Program-made: the position numbers and the translations under genes | DNA from: an uncultured Peptococcaceae bacterium | GTDB lineage: Bacteria; Bacillota; Dehalobacteriia; UBA4068; UBA4997 | Assembly (NCBI GenBank): GCA_965149945.1 | Contig: CBCTTQ010000004.1 | Span: 10,851 to 74,850, forward strand | Reading direction: 5' to 3' | Length of the DNA stretch: 64,000 nt | In this document: in pieces, positions 38,352 through 48,787 of the stretch | How the letters are laid out: each line of letters begins with the position of its first letter | Position numbering within the stretch: position 1 is the stretch's first letter | The notes under the pieces: generated by a model | The model's database searches: none | What the model was told of the DNA's origin: nothing | The model's input: the letters and a program-made list of their open reading frames with translations, nothing else

Positions 38352-38465
38352 TATATTAAGCACTTAGTACAACAATACAATAATACAATTGCTGTGCTGA
38401 GTTGTGTATGGTTGTGTGAGCGCGGTTTTAAGCTCTAAAGAAACAAAAAGAAAGGAGAGGTCGTT

Positions 38466-38831
38466 TTGGGATGGAACATTGAATCAGACCGACCTGTCTA
38501 CCTGCAATTGGTGGAACAGTTCAAAAGAAAAATCGTCGCGGGCGAATATGAAGCGGGAAACCGCATGCCTTCTGTTCGCGAATTGGCCGCTGACGCGGCT
38601 GTCAACCCCAACACAATGCAAAAAGCTTTAGCAGAGCTGGAAAGGACAGGACTGATGTATACGCAAAGAACCAGCGGTAGATTTATCACGGAAGACCGCG
38701 AGCTGATCGATTCTTTGAAAAAAGAAATTGCCCTTGAGCAGATTGATACATTCATTCGTAATATGGCTGCCATCGGCATTGATAAGCAGGAAATATTGAG
38801 GTTATTTCAAGCGAGAATAGAGGAGATGTAG
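38466..38831 (+). CDS. GntR family transcriptional regulator, YtrA-like short subfamily
   Basis: 121 aa, TTG start behind AAAGGAGAGG. Winged HTH PVYLQLVEQFKRKIVAGEYEAGNRMPSVRELAADAAVNPNTMQKAL with no large effector domain. Confidence 0.88.
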   Translation: MGWNIESDRPVYLQLVEQFKRKIVAGEYEAGNRMPSVRELAADAAVNPNTMQKALAELERTGLMYTQRTSGRFITEDRELIDSLKKEIALEQIDTFIRNMAAIGIDKQEILRLFQARIEEM

Positions 38832-38835
38832 TGTT

Positions 38836-39543
38836 ATGGAAGACAATAGATTAATTTTGGAATGTCGCGGGCTGGAAAAGAACTACGGTCGAAAATGCGC
38901 GCTGAAGCAGATTGATTTGCAAATTGAAAAGGGAAAAATCGTCGGCTTGCTGGGGCCTAACGGCAGCGGAAAAACCACGTTGATTAAATTGGCCAACGGG
39001 TTACTGACACCCAGCGGAGGCAGCATTACGGTGGATGGTTTGGAGCCGGGCATCGAAAGCAAAAAAATTGTTTCGTATCTGCCGGATCGCAATTATTTGA
39101 ACAATTGGATGAAAGTAAACGATCTGGTGGACTTTTTTGATGAGATGTATGAGGATTTTGATCGGGAAAAGGCATTGTCTATGCTGTTGAAGTTGGACAT
39201 TGAATTGGATACCCGCTTGAAATCGCTGTCCAAAGGGAATAAAGAAAAAGTGCAGCTGATTTTGGTGATGAGTCGAGCGGCTGAATTGTATATTTTGGAT
39301 GAACCAATCGCCGGAGTGGATCCTGCCGCGCGGGATTATGTATTGAACACCATCATCGAAAACTATAACACCGAAGGAACCATTTTGATTGCCACCCATC
39401 TAATCTCGGATATTGAAAAAATCTTGGACGATGTGGTGTTCATTAATCGGGGCGAAATTGTACTGCATGCTTCAGTGGACGATATTCGAGAAGAACACGG
39501 AAAATCGGTGGACGGATTGTTCAGGGAGGTATTCAAATGTTAA
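38836..39543 (+). CDS. ABC transporter ATP-binding protein
   Basis: Walker A GPNGSGKTT, signature LSKGNKEK, Walker B LYILDEP. Confidence 0.92.
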   Translation: MEDNRLILECRGLEKNYGRKCALKQIDLQIEKGKIVGLLGPNGSGKTTLIKLANGLLTPSGGSITVDGLEPGIESKKIVSYLPDRNYLNNWMKVNDLVDFFDEMYEDFDREKALSMLLKLDIELDTRLKSLSKGNKEKVQLILVMSRAAELYILDEPIAGVDPAARDYVLNTIIENYNTEGTILIATHLISDIEKILDDVVFINRGEIVLHASVDDIREEHGKSVDGLFREVFKC

Positions 39544-40340
39544 AGAAATTATTGAAATATGAATTCAAGGCAACGGCCAGGTATTTTTTGCCGCTGATCG
39601 CGGCTCTGCTGGTAGTTGCCGTATTGAATCGCATTTGTCTGAGCTTCAACCAAGGCAGTATCGAGGCGTTGAAGTTTGTGCCCACCTTTGTAGCTGCCTT
39701 TCTGTATATCGCCATCATTATCGCTATTTTTGTTTTGGCGTTGATTATCACTATTAAACGATTTTACAATAGCTTGCTGACGGATGAGGGATATTTGATG
39801 ATGACGCTGCCCGCTTCCGTTGACAGCCATATCTGGAGCAAAACCATTACCGCCGGTGTTTGGGTCATCGCCAGTACGTTGGCGACGATTTGTTCCGCTG
39901 CTGTTATCGGCGCGGCGGATGGTACCTCCGTACTCCATTTCTTCACGGAACTGGGTGAGGTTTATCAAGAGTCCTTTGCTAACTGGGGGATGCATGTTTG
40001 GATGCTGGGCATCATTTGGCTGTTGGCGATGATTTTTTGTCTGCTGAGTTCGTTGCTGTCCATTTATATGTGTATCAGTCTCGGACATCAGGTTTCCAAT
40101 CACCAGATTTTGGGCGGTGTGGGCGCCTATATCTTGTACAGCTTAGTGCTGCAGGTATTGGGAACCATTGCCACAACGATCGCGATTAAATGCGGATTCT
40201 TTTCCTGGGTGTCGACGCTGGATGCTGTTACCGGTGTATATCTGGTCAGTGTCGGGGTGTTGGTACTGGGCGTCATTCTTTCCGTAGTACCCTATCTGAT
40301 CACCCGATACCTGTTGAAATACCGATTGAATCTGGAATAA
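39537..40340 (+). CDS. ABC-2-type/YtrC-like membrane protein of the GntR-ABC operon
   Basis: 267 aa with about 6 TM helices. Overlaps the ATPase stop by 7 nt. Confidence 0.7.
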   Translation: MLKKLLKYEFKATARYFLPLIAALLVVAVLNRICLSFNQGSIEALKFVPTFVAAFLYIAIIIAIFVLALIITIKRFYNSLLTDEGYLMMTLPASVDSHIWSKTITAGVWVIASTLATICSAAVIGAADGTSVLHFFTELGEVYQESFANWGMHVWMLGIIWLLAMIFCLLSSLLSIYMCISLGHQVSNHQILGGVGAYILYSLVLQVLGTIATTIAIKCGFFSWVSTLDAVTGVYLVSVGVLVLGVILSVVPYLITRYLLKYRLNLE

Positions 40341-40464
40341 GAAAGGAAATTCGGAATCAGTAACGCTAATCTCCCTTCGAAGTAAAAAGACTTTTGTATT
40401 CGGTGGTAGAAGTTGCTGAAAAATAAGTTGATAACAAAAAAACAAAAAAGAAAACAACAATAAG

Positions 40465-40503
40465 AAAACCGCCTCCCCGATATTTTCGGGGAGGCGGTTT
40501 TTA
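40465..40503. terminator. bidirectional rho-independent terminator
   Basis: 11-bp stem CCGCCTCCCCG/CGGGGAGGCGG flanked by A and T tracts. Confidence 0.88.
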
Positions 40504-40527
40504 TTCGTGATATCAAATTTTTTCAAA

Positions 40528-40565
40528 AGAGTAATACATCCCAAAGAGAGTAATACATCCCAAAG
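40528..40565. repeat. perfect 19-bp tandem duplication in a convergent intergenic region
   Basis: AGAGTAATACATCCCAAAG occurs twice. Degenerate echoes (ACATAATAC, TCCCAAAGG) follow up to about 40618. Confidence 0.9.
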
Positions 40566-40625
40566 GGTGCAAGGGACATAATACGAAGATGCCCATTTAA
40601 AAATTTTGTCCCAAAGGGGTTAGAA

Positions 40626-42875
40626 TCAGGAGCTGTTGTTGGTGGGCTGAGTGGGATTGCCGCCCGGATCGGTACCGGGGTCTGTGCCCGGATCAGTACC
40701 CGGATCGGGATCGGTACCGGGGTCTGTGCCCGGATCGGTACCGGGGTCTGTGCCTGGATCAGTACCCGGATCGGGATCGGTACCGGGGTCTGTGGAAGGT
40801 TCTTCAACAGGCGGAGTATAGTAGTCATCGGACGTGTCGTCGTTATCATAATCGCCGCCGGAGCCGTCTCCTTCCGTCACCGTATAGGAGAAATCAACAC
40901 GCTCATCATAGCCCTCCGGTTTTTCCCATTCTGATTCCGGTGTGTCAGCCAGTGCGGTTTCGATAACGTCTCGCCAGATAACGGCAGGATATTGTCCGCC
41001 GAAAACATTGACCATATACTGGGGTGTTCCGTCATCGCTGTAGTCTCGGTCATAGCCCATCCAAACAATGCCAACCAGATCGGGAGTATATCCGGCCCAC
41101 CAGGAATCTTTGTTGCCTGTTTGGGTACCGAACGCTTCCGGCAGCTGAGTGGTTCCTGTTTTGCCCGCCGCTACCCGACCGATATCCGCGCGGGTACCGG
41201 TACCGCTGTTGATAGTTTCTTGCAGCATGGTGTTAATGGTGTAGGCGGTATCTTCTTCCATTACACGCGTTTGCTCCGGTTCATATTCGTAGATAACAGT
41301 GCCTTCGCTGTCGCAGATTCTCAGAATGGATGTGGGTTCAATGTAGTAGCCTCCGTTGGCGAAGCAGCTATAAGCGGTCGCCAAATTCAGCGGAGAGACT
41401 CCTTCGGTCAGTCCACCCAATGCCAGAGAAAGATTTTTGTCTGCTTCTACCAAGGGCAGGCCGCATTTCATCGCGAATTCCCAACCGGTATCTACTCCGA
41501 TTTCCGCCAGCAAACGAACCGCGGTAACATTGACGGAGTATTTCAACGCGGTTGTCATAGAGATCATACCGCGGTAGCTGCCGTCGTAATTTTCCGGCTG
41601 ATAGCCGCCAAATTCATCGACCCCAATGGGGGAGTCTTCAATTTGATGGTTGGGAGAAACGCCGCTTTCGATGGCGGGACCGTAAACGGCGATGGGTTTG
41701 ATGACTGAGCCGGGCTGACGTTTCATTTCTGTCGCGCGGTTCAATCCGAAACGGGTATCATATTCTCGTCCGCCCATCATTCCCATAATTTCACCTGTAT
41801 CCGGTTGGATGAAAATGGCGGCGCTTTCCAGTGGATCTTCACCGGTACCGTTAGGGAAATAAGAACTGTCCGCGTAGACTTCTTCCAGCGCGTTCTGAGT
41901 CGTAGGATCCATCGTAGTGTAGATGTGGTAGCCGGCGGAATAGAGGGAGCCTCGTTCATAGCCCAGTTCTTCCAGGATGTCGCCGGCCTCTGTAATACTG
42001 TAGTCGATCATATGGGAATAGCTGTTGGTTGTTTGCAATTCCTGCAGATCCAGCGTAATGGTTTCGTTGGCGGCGGCATTGGCTTCGTCTTGGGTAATGA
42101 ACTCCCGTTCCACCATATTGTTCAGCACACGGTTGCGCACGCGGGTTGCTTGATCCATATCATTCTCCGGTGAGTAATTATTGGGAGAGGGCAGCATCCC
42201 CACCAGCATGGCGCATTCTCCCAAGGAAAGTTCGGAGATGTCTTTGTTGAAGTAGTAATGTGCCGCGGCGCCGAATCCATAAATATTTTTGCCAAGGAAT
42301 ACCTCATTAACATAGAAGGTGAGGATTTCCTCTTTTGTATAACGTTGTTCGATTTGCAGCGCCAGCAAGGCTTCCTGAATTTTGCGATCCAGTCGTTTTT
42401 CTTGATTTTCCAAGATCGCGGTTCGCGCCAACTGCATGGTGATGGTGGAGCCGCCTTGGGTGGCGCCACCGCTGCGAATATCCGCGAACAAAGCCCCGAA
42501 CACACGAATGATGTCTACGCCGCCGTGGTCATAGAAGCGGGCGTCTTCGGTAGAAATAATCGCGTTGATTAGATTTTGCGGGATTTCTTCATATTCCACT
42601 TCTTCGGAATATTTTCCGTCTTCCAGATCAACCAGCCAGTTTCCTTCTCGATCGTAGACATGGCTGGTGCCGTATGTTTCCAGATCTGTCCATTCCGGCA
42701 GGTCATTGAGATTTTTGATGACTTTGTAGCCTAAAAAGGCGGCGGCTGCCAGCACTAATACCAAAAAAACAGTAACAATCCAAAGCGCCACCTTTTTTTT
42801 ACTGACTTTTTTCTTGGTGTAAGTTACGGTGCCGTCTTCGTTGGTTGTGGCCCTTAATTTTTTGTTTTTCTTCAT
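40626..42875 (-). CDS. class A penicillin-binding protein (PBP1A-type transglycosylase/transpeptidase) with a C-terminal TDPG-repeat tail
   Basis: GT51 motif STEDARFYDHGGVD. Transpeptidase motifs SVIK, SVN and KTGTT. N-terminal TM anchor. Confidence 0.93.
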   Translation of the reverse strand: MKKNKKLRATTNEDGTVTYTKKKVSKKKVALWIVTVFLVLVLAAAAFLGYKVIKNLNDLPEWTDLETYGTSHVYDREGNWLVDLEDGKYSEEVEYEEIPQNLINAIISTEDARFYDHGGVDIIRVFGALFADIRSGGATQGGSTITMQLARTAILENQEKRLDRKIQEALLALQIEQRYTKEEILTFYVNEVFLGKNIYGFGAAAHYYFNKDISELSLGECAMLVGMLPSPNNYSPENDMDQATRVRNRVLNNMVEREFITQDEANAAANETITLDLQELQTTNSYSHMIDYSITEAGDILEELGYERGSLYSAGYHIYTTMDPTTQNALEEVYADSSYFPNGTGEDPLESAAIFIQPDTGEIMGMMGGREYDTRFGLNRATEMKRQPGSVIKPIAVYGPAIESGVSPNHQIEDSPIGVDEFGGYQPENYDGSYRGMISMTTALKYSVNVTAVRLLAEIGVDTGWEFAMKCGLPLVEADKNLSLALGGLTEGVSPLNLATAYSCFANGGYYIEPTSILRICDSEGTVIYEYEPEQTRVMEEDTAYTINTMLQETINSGTGTRADIGRVAAGKTGTTQLPEAFGTQTGNKDSWWAGYTPDLVGIVWMGYDRDYSDDGTPQYMVNVFGGQYPAVIWRDVIETALADTPESEWEKPEGYDERVDFSYTVTEGDGSGGDYDNDDTSDDYYTPPVEEPSTDPGTDPDPGTDPGTDPGTDPGTDPGTDPDPGTDPGTDPGTDPGGNPTQPTNNSS
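40666..40795 (-). repeat. in-frame tandem repeats encoding (GTDP)n/(DP)n at the PBP1A C-terminus
   Basis: A 24-nt unit GGATCGGTACCGGGGTCTGTGCCC (four copies, the last truncated) alternates with an 18-nt unit GGATCAGTACCCGGATCG (two copies). Confidence 0.9.
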
Positions 42876-43555
42876 TGATGTATGATCCTCCTAGCTCATG
42901 AGAAAACAACAATGGTTACACTATCACGGAATAAATGCAGAAATACATAATAAGTTGATTATAGCTTATTATATCATAGTTTCCAGATAAAGAGATAGCT
43001 TTTTTTGAAAAAAATGAACAGAAGCGTGAAAAAATTTAAAAAAAAGACGGCGAGTTCTTTTATTTCGAAACCCCGTGTTTTTTTTGAAATGAATTTTCGG
43101 CGAAAATCGAGTTTAAACAGCGTATACGCCATTTATCGCTTGAAAAAGGAGGTTTTGTTTCAGAAGGATTCCCGTTGCTTTTCACCGAAGAGATTCTCAG
43201 GGTTGAGGGATGTGTAAATATGCATTTATGCGCTTATTTGCGCATAATCGGCGAAAAGGACAGAAAAGACGGTTCCGATGAGCGGAATTTCCGCGGTGAG
43301 AAGAGGAACTCCATTTGAATTTGTGAGAAAATTAGGAATTTTGGATAAAAAAATGGCTCGTGGAGAAAAAAACAAAAAGAAGAATTCACAAAAATGCGAG
43401 ATAATTGGTATAATTGCGCATATTTATAAAAAAACAGCCGAAAAACAAGATCGGTTTTTTTTCGGTCGAAAGGAGAGAAAAACCTTGTCTAGCTTGTATT
43501 CCTGATGATTTGTCCAATAGTCTCACTGAGTGTGTATGATTCATGAAAATTACAG

Positions 43556-43582
43556 TTGATTTTTATGGAAAAGTGTTATAAT
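43556..43582 (+). promoter_or_regulatory. extended -10 promoter candidate for gdhA
   Basis: TGtTATAAT, with a poor -35 (TTGATT at 15-nt spacing). Confidence 0.4.
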
Positions 43583-43607
43583 ATAATCTATAGAATGTAT
43601 ACATATT

Positions 43608-43635
43608 TTATTCAATTTCTTTCAAAATTGAATAA
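43608..43635 (+). promoter_or_regulatory. perfect 11-bp inverted repeat between the gdhA promoter and RBS
   Basis: TTATTCAATTT-CTTTCA-AAATTGAATAA. Confidence 0.5.
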
Positions 43636-43675
43636 CAGTAAACCATGTATACGGAATTTAGGAGGGAAAAATTAA

Positions 43676-45022
43676 ATGAACGCTTACATGCAAAGAGTTA
43701 TTGATCAGGTTAAAGCGCGCAATGCCGGTGAACCTGAATTCATTCAGACTGTTGAAGAAGTTTTTAAATCCATCGAAGTAGTTGTTGAAAATCATCCCGA
43801 ATATGAACAAATGGGTCTTTTGGAAAGAATGACCGAACCGGAAAGACAGATCATCTTCCGCGTAACTTGGGTTGATGATGCCGGTAAAGTACATGTAAAC
43901 CGTGGTTTCCGCGTACAGTTCAACAGTGCGATCGGACCTTATAAAGGTGGTCTTCGCTTCCATCCTTCCGTTTACATTGGTATTATGAAATTCTTGGCTT
44001 TTGAACAGATCTTTAAAAACAGCCTGACCACTTTGCCCATCGGTGGCGGTAAAGGTGGTTCTGACTTTGACCCCCGCGGTAAATCCGACGCGGAAATTAT
44101 GCGTTTCTGCCAAGCTTTCATGACTGAATTGTACAGACATATCGGTCCGGATGTTGACGTTCCTGCCGGTGACATCGGTGTTGGCGGTCGCGAAGTCGGC
44201 TATTTGTATGGTCAATATAAGAGAATCAAAGGTTGTTGGGAAAACGGTGTATTGACCGGTAAAGGTTTGTCCTTCGGCGGTTCTTTGATTCGTCCTGAAG
44301 CAACTGGTTACGGCGCTGTTTACTACACTGTAGAAATGTTGAAACATTTCAATGAAACCGTTCAGGGTAAAACCGCTATCCTGTCCGGCTTTGGTAATGT
44401 TGCCTGGGGCGCTGCCAAAAAACTGACTGAACTGGGCGCCAAAGTACTGACTATCTCCGGTCCTGACGGCTATGTATATGATAAAGACGGTATCTCCACC
44501 GATGAAAAAATCGCTTATTTGCTGGAAATGCGCGCTTCCGGTCGTGACAGAGCGCAGGATTATGCTGACAAATTCGGGGCTGAATTCCATCCCGGCGAAA
44601 AACCTTGGGGTGTAAAAGCTGATTTGGTTATGCCTTGCGCTACGCAGAACGAAGTTCAGATGGAAGATGCTGAAAAGATCGTTGCCAATGGTACCAAATA
44701 TTACATCGAAGTAGCTAACATGCCTACCACCAATGAAGCGATCGACTTCTTGCAGAGCAAAGGCCTTGTGGTTTGCCCCGCTAAAGCTGTTAACGCCGGC
44801 GGCGTAGCTACCTCCGCTTTGGAAATGGCTCAGAACTCCATGAGAATGAGCTGGAGCGAAGAAGAAGTTGACGAAAAATTGTATGCCATCATGAAAAACA
44901 TCGTAAAAGCTTCCGAAGCCGCTTGCGAAGAATTCAACTTGGGTTACAACTTGGTTGCTGGCGCGAATATTGCCGGCTTCAAGAAAGTTGCTGACGCGAT
45001 GATGGCGCAGGGTCTGGTTTAA
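43676..45022 (+). CDS. gdhA: NADP-specific glutamate dehydrogenase
   Basis: 448 aa with motifs KGGLRFHP and GGGKGGSDFDP. SD is TAGGAGGGAAA. Confidence 0.95.
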   Translation: MNAYMQRVIDQVKARNAGEPEFIQTVEEVFKSIEVVVENHPEYEQMGLLERMTEPERQIIFRVTWVDDAGKVHVNRGFRVQFNSAIGPYKGGLRFHPSVYIGIMKFLAFEQIFKNSLTTLPIGGGKGGSDFDPRGKSDAEIMRFCQAFMTELYRHIGPDVDVPAGDIGVGGREVGYLYGQYKRIKGCWENGVLTGKGLSFGGSLIRPEATGYGAVYYTVEMLKHFNETVQGKTAILSGFGNVAWGAAKKLTELGAKVLTISGPDGYVYDKDGISTDEKIAYLLEMRASGRDRAQDYADKFGAEFHPGEKPWGVKADLVMPCATQNEVQMEDAEKIVANGTKYYIEVANMPTTNEAIDFLQSKGLVVCPAKAVNAGGVATSALEMAQNSMRMSWSEEEVDEKLYAIMKNIVKASEAACEEFNLGYNLVAGANIAGFKKVADAMMAQGLV

Positions 45023-45054
45023 TTCTATTTCCGACTTTTCTTTCTCAATGAATC

Positions 45055-45086
45055 AAAAGACCTCCGTTCTCGGAGGTCTTTTTTTG
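45055..45086 (+). terminator. rho-independent terminator of gdhA
   Basis: Stem AGACCTCCG/CGGAGGTCT followed by T7. Confidence 0.9.
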
Positions 45087-45460
45087 TCTGTGGAGCGGAC
45101 GGCGTTAGTAGTTACGATAAAAAGAACTTGCTTTTTTGTGAACAAAAAACAAGGTTTAGGAGCAGAAAAAAGAGCAGTAGCATAAAAGCTGCGGAGAGAA
45201 TTGTTATGAGAAAGAAAATAGAAGCAAAGAAAAAATGGTGAATAAGGGAAACGAAAGAAAGCTGAGAATTCGGTCGTTCATATTTCGATTATGACAGACA
45301 GGTATTCGTTTCGGAGCAGAGGCTGCTTTTCTCGTATGTCGTAGTCGTGGGAGGCTGTTTGTTTTTTTTGCTTGGGGACCATGGCCAGAAACTCTTGTTC
45401 GAAGGATGAAAAGAAAAAATATCGAAACGAGCAGGTCAGAACGAAACGAGCCAATAAGCG

Positions 45461-45498
45461 GAAAACCACAAAAAGAGCGTAGAACGCTCTTTTTGTGG
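45461..45498 (-). terminator. rho-independent terminator of cysE
   Basis: 14-bp stem CCACAAAAAGAGCG/CGCTCTTTTTGTGG. A T tract follows on the minus strand. Confidence 0.8.
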
Positions 45499-45533
45499 GT
45501 CGCTGATGTTTCTATGTCGATCGAAACACAGGG

Positions 45534-46244
45534 CTATTTTTCTTGTTGTAAATGCTCTTTGTCGTTGTTGTGCGGACGGGAACGCCCTACTACTGCGGTT
45601 TTGTTGGAATTTTCGTTTTGCCGGGATTGGTGAATGGCGGCGGAAACCTCGTTGATCTTTTTCATCAACTCGTTGATTTCCTGTTGAATTGGATCCGGCA
45701 GACTGATCTGATCCAAATCCCAGGATTCTTTGGTTTCTTTGGAAGTAACGACGGTTCCCGGAACTCCCACCACGGTGGAGTTGGGCGGGACTTCTTTGAC
45801 CACAACGGCATTGGAGCCGATGCGGGCATGGTCGCCTACCTTAAAAGGACCCAGAATTTTGGCGCCGCAGCCGATGAGTACGCCGTTGCCGATGGTGGGA
45901 TGTCGTTTCCCTTGGTCTTTCCCGGTACCGCCCAGCGTGACGCCATGGTAGATGGTGCAGTAATCGCCTACCTCCGCTGTTTCTCCGATAACAATGCCCA
46001 TGCCGTGGTCGATGAACAGACATTTACCGATTTTAGCGCCGGGATGAATTTCAATTCCTGTTAAAAAACGATTTAACTGGGAAATCAGCCGCGCGATAGA
46101 TTTTCGATTGTGTTGATAAAACCAGTGCGCCGGTTTGTGCCATTGGATGGCGTGATATCCGGCATATAAGAAAAATACCTGCAAGGGTCCGGTCGCCGCC
46201 GGATCTTGCGAGGCGATGAATTTTGCTTCTTCCCAAAAACGCAT
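45534..46244 (-). CDS. cysE: serine O-acetyltransferase
   Basis: Hexapeptide-repeat LbH core GIEIHPGAKIG..FIDHGMGIVIGETAEVG..GVTLGGTGK..KRHPTIG. Collinear with B. subtilis CysE from MRFWEE. ATG 46244 is preceded by GGAGG. Confidence 0.9.
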   Translation of the reverse strand: MRFWEEAKFIASQDPAATGPLQVFFLYAGYHAIQWHKPAHWFYQHNRKSIARLISQLNRFLTGIEIHPGAKIGKCLFIDHGMGIVIGETAEVGDYCTIYHGVTLGGTGKDQGKRHPTIGNGVLIGCGAKILGPFKVGDHARIGSNAVVVKEVPPNSTVVGVPGTVVTSKETKESWDLDQISLPDPIQQEINELMKKINEVSAAIHQSRQNENSNKTAVVGRSRPHNNDKEHLQQEK

Positions 46245-46475
46245 AGCTGCCTCCGCTTCTTTTGCTGAAAGTTCTTTGCGACGGACAGAGCGGTAAACCC
46301 TATCTCTTCCTATCATAGCATTAAAAAGGAGCAACGTCAACCAATGGAGAAAAATCCCTTTCCTGCGAGTCCATTATAAGGGATAAAAATTGCGGAAAAC
46401 AAAGTAAATCCAAGAAAACAAATGAATTTTTGAAAAAACAATAGAAAACATACTGTTTTTGCCATCTTTTTCCGG

Positions 46476-46504
46476 TTGCACTTATTGGGCGATATCTTTA
46501 TGAT
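46476..46504 (+). promoter_or_regulatory. sigma-A promoter of groESL
   Basis: TTGCAC, 17-nt spacer, TATGAT, directly upstream of CIRCE. Confidence 0.7.
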
Positions 46505-46515
46505 ATAAATATAGG

Positions 46516-46542
46516 TTAGCACTCGTTCATGGTGAGTGCTAA
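46516..46542 (+). promoter_or_regulatory. CIRCE operator (HrcA binding site)
   Basis: Perfect consensus TTAGCACTC-N9-GAGTGCTAA. Confidence 0.97.
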
Positions 46543-46603
46543 CAAAATTTCGCGAATAATCATGCTCGGCTGTTGCCGGCGCTGTGATGAAGGAGGCTTT
46601 ATT

Positions 46604-46894
46604 ATGAACATCAGACCGTTAGGTGAAAGAGTAGTCATCAAAATGCAGGAAGCGGAAGACAAAACCCAGTCCGGGATCATTTTGCCCGATACCGCTAAAG
46701 AAAAACCTATTGAAGGCGTTGTTGTGGCGGTGGGAATCGGTCGCGTGGACGAAAAAGGAAATCGAATTCCTTTGGAAGTAAAAGTAGGAGACAAAGTGGT
46801 TTATTCCAAATTTGCTGGTACTCCGGTTAAACAGGATGGCGAAGAATATCTGATCATCAACGGCGAAAGAGATATTTTGGCGGTAATTGAATAG
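46604..46894 (+). CDS. groES: co-chaperonin GroES
   Basis: [13 protein letters not shown]...[14 protein letters not shown] is GAAGGAGG. The track ORF start at 46529 lies inside CIRCE and is rejected. Confidence 0.95.
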   Translation: MNIRPLGERVVIKMQEAEDKTQSGIILPDTAKEKPIEGVVVAVGIGRVDEKGNRIPLEVKVGDKVVYSKFAGTPVKQDGEEYLIINGERDILAVIE

Positions 46895-46905
46895 AATGCA
46901 AATGA

Positions 46906-48603
<1,698 letters not shown>

Positions 48604-48649
48604 TGAGAAAAGAAATTTTCATCCTCAACAGTTTGTATGATAAACTTCA

Positions 48650-48680
48650 AAAAAGAAGCGGCAAAAGCCGCTTCTTTTGT
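48650..48680 (+). terminator. rho-independent terminator of groESL
   Basis: Stem AGAAGCGGC/GCCGCTTCT followed by a T tract. Confidence 0.85.
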
Positions 48681-48684
48681 ATTC

Positions 48685-48713
48685 TTGACAAAAAGCTTTG
48701 GGATAGGTATACT
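48685..48713 (+). promoter_or_regulatory. sigma-A-type promoter of the TetR-DUF3267 pair
   Basis: TTGACA, 17-nt spacer, TATACT. Confidence 0.6.
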
Positions 48714-48716
48714 GTA

Positions 48717-48742
48717 ATTGAACTATGATTGAACTTTGTTCA
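48717..48742 (+). promoter_or_regulatory. operator candidate: direct ATTGAACT repeats (11-bp period) ending in the palindrome TGAAC-TTT-GTTCA
   Basis: Read directly at +4 to +30 of the predicted promoter. Confidence 0.4.
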
Positions 48743-48787
48743 TTATGGGAGGACGATAATCACGCTTTCCGAAAGGAGGAACCTGTT

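Noticed and set aside
40528-40795. A CRISPR-like array suggested by the short direct repeats.
   Set aside because: The repeats are contiguous with no unique spacers. One set is in-frame coding sequence of PBP1A, and no cas genes are present.
43005-43505. Two Lys-rich ORFs (70 and 75 aa) in the gap between PBP1A and gdhA.
   Set aside because: They lack a properly spaced RBS and are low-complexity, as expected from A-rich non-coding DNA. I treat the region as intergenic.
45197-45232. 11-codon Lys-rich mini-ORF (MRKKIEAKKKW) with a GGAGAGA SD in the gap between gdhA and cysE.
   Set aside because: It is too short and low-complexity to support, there is no downstream gene on that strand to regulate, and purine-rich DNA generates SD-like strings by chance.
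46245-46475. Possible T-box or S-box leader upstream of cysE (minus strand).
   Set aside because: B. subtilis cysE has a T-box leader, but here the leader is only about 130 nt. I could not find the T-box sequence (AANNNGGGTGGTACCGCG-like) or the SAM-riboswitch core.
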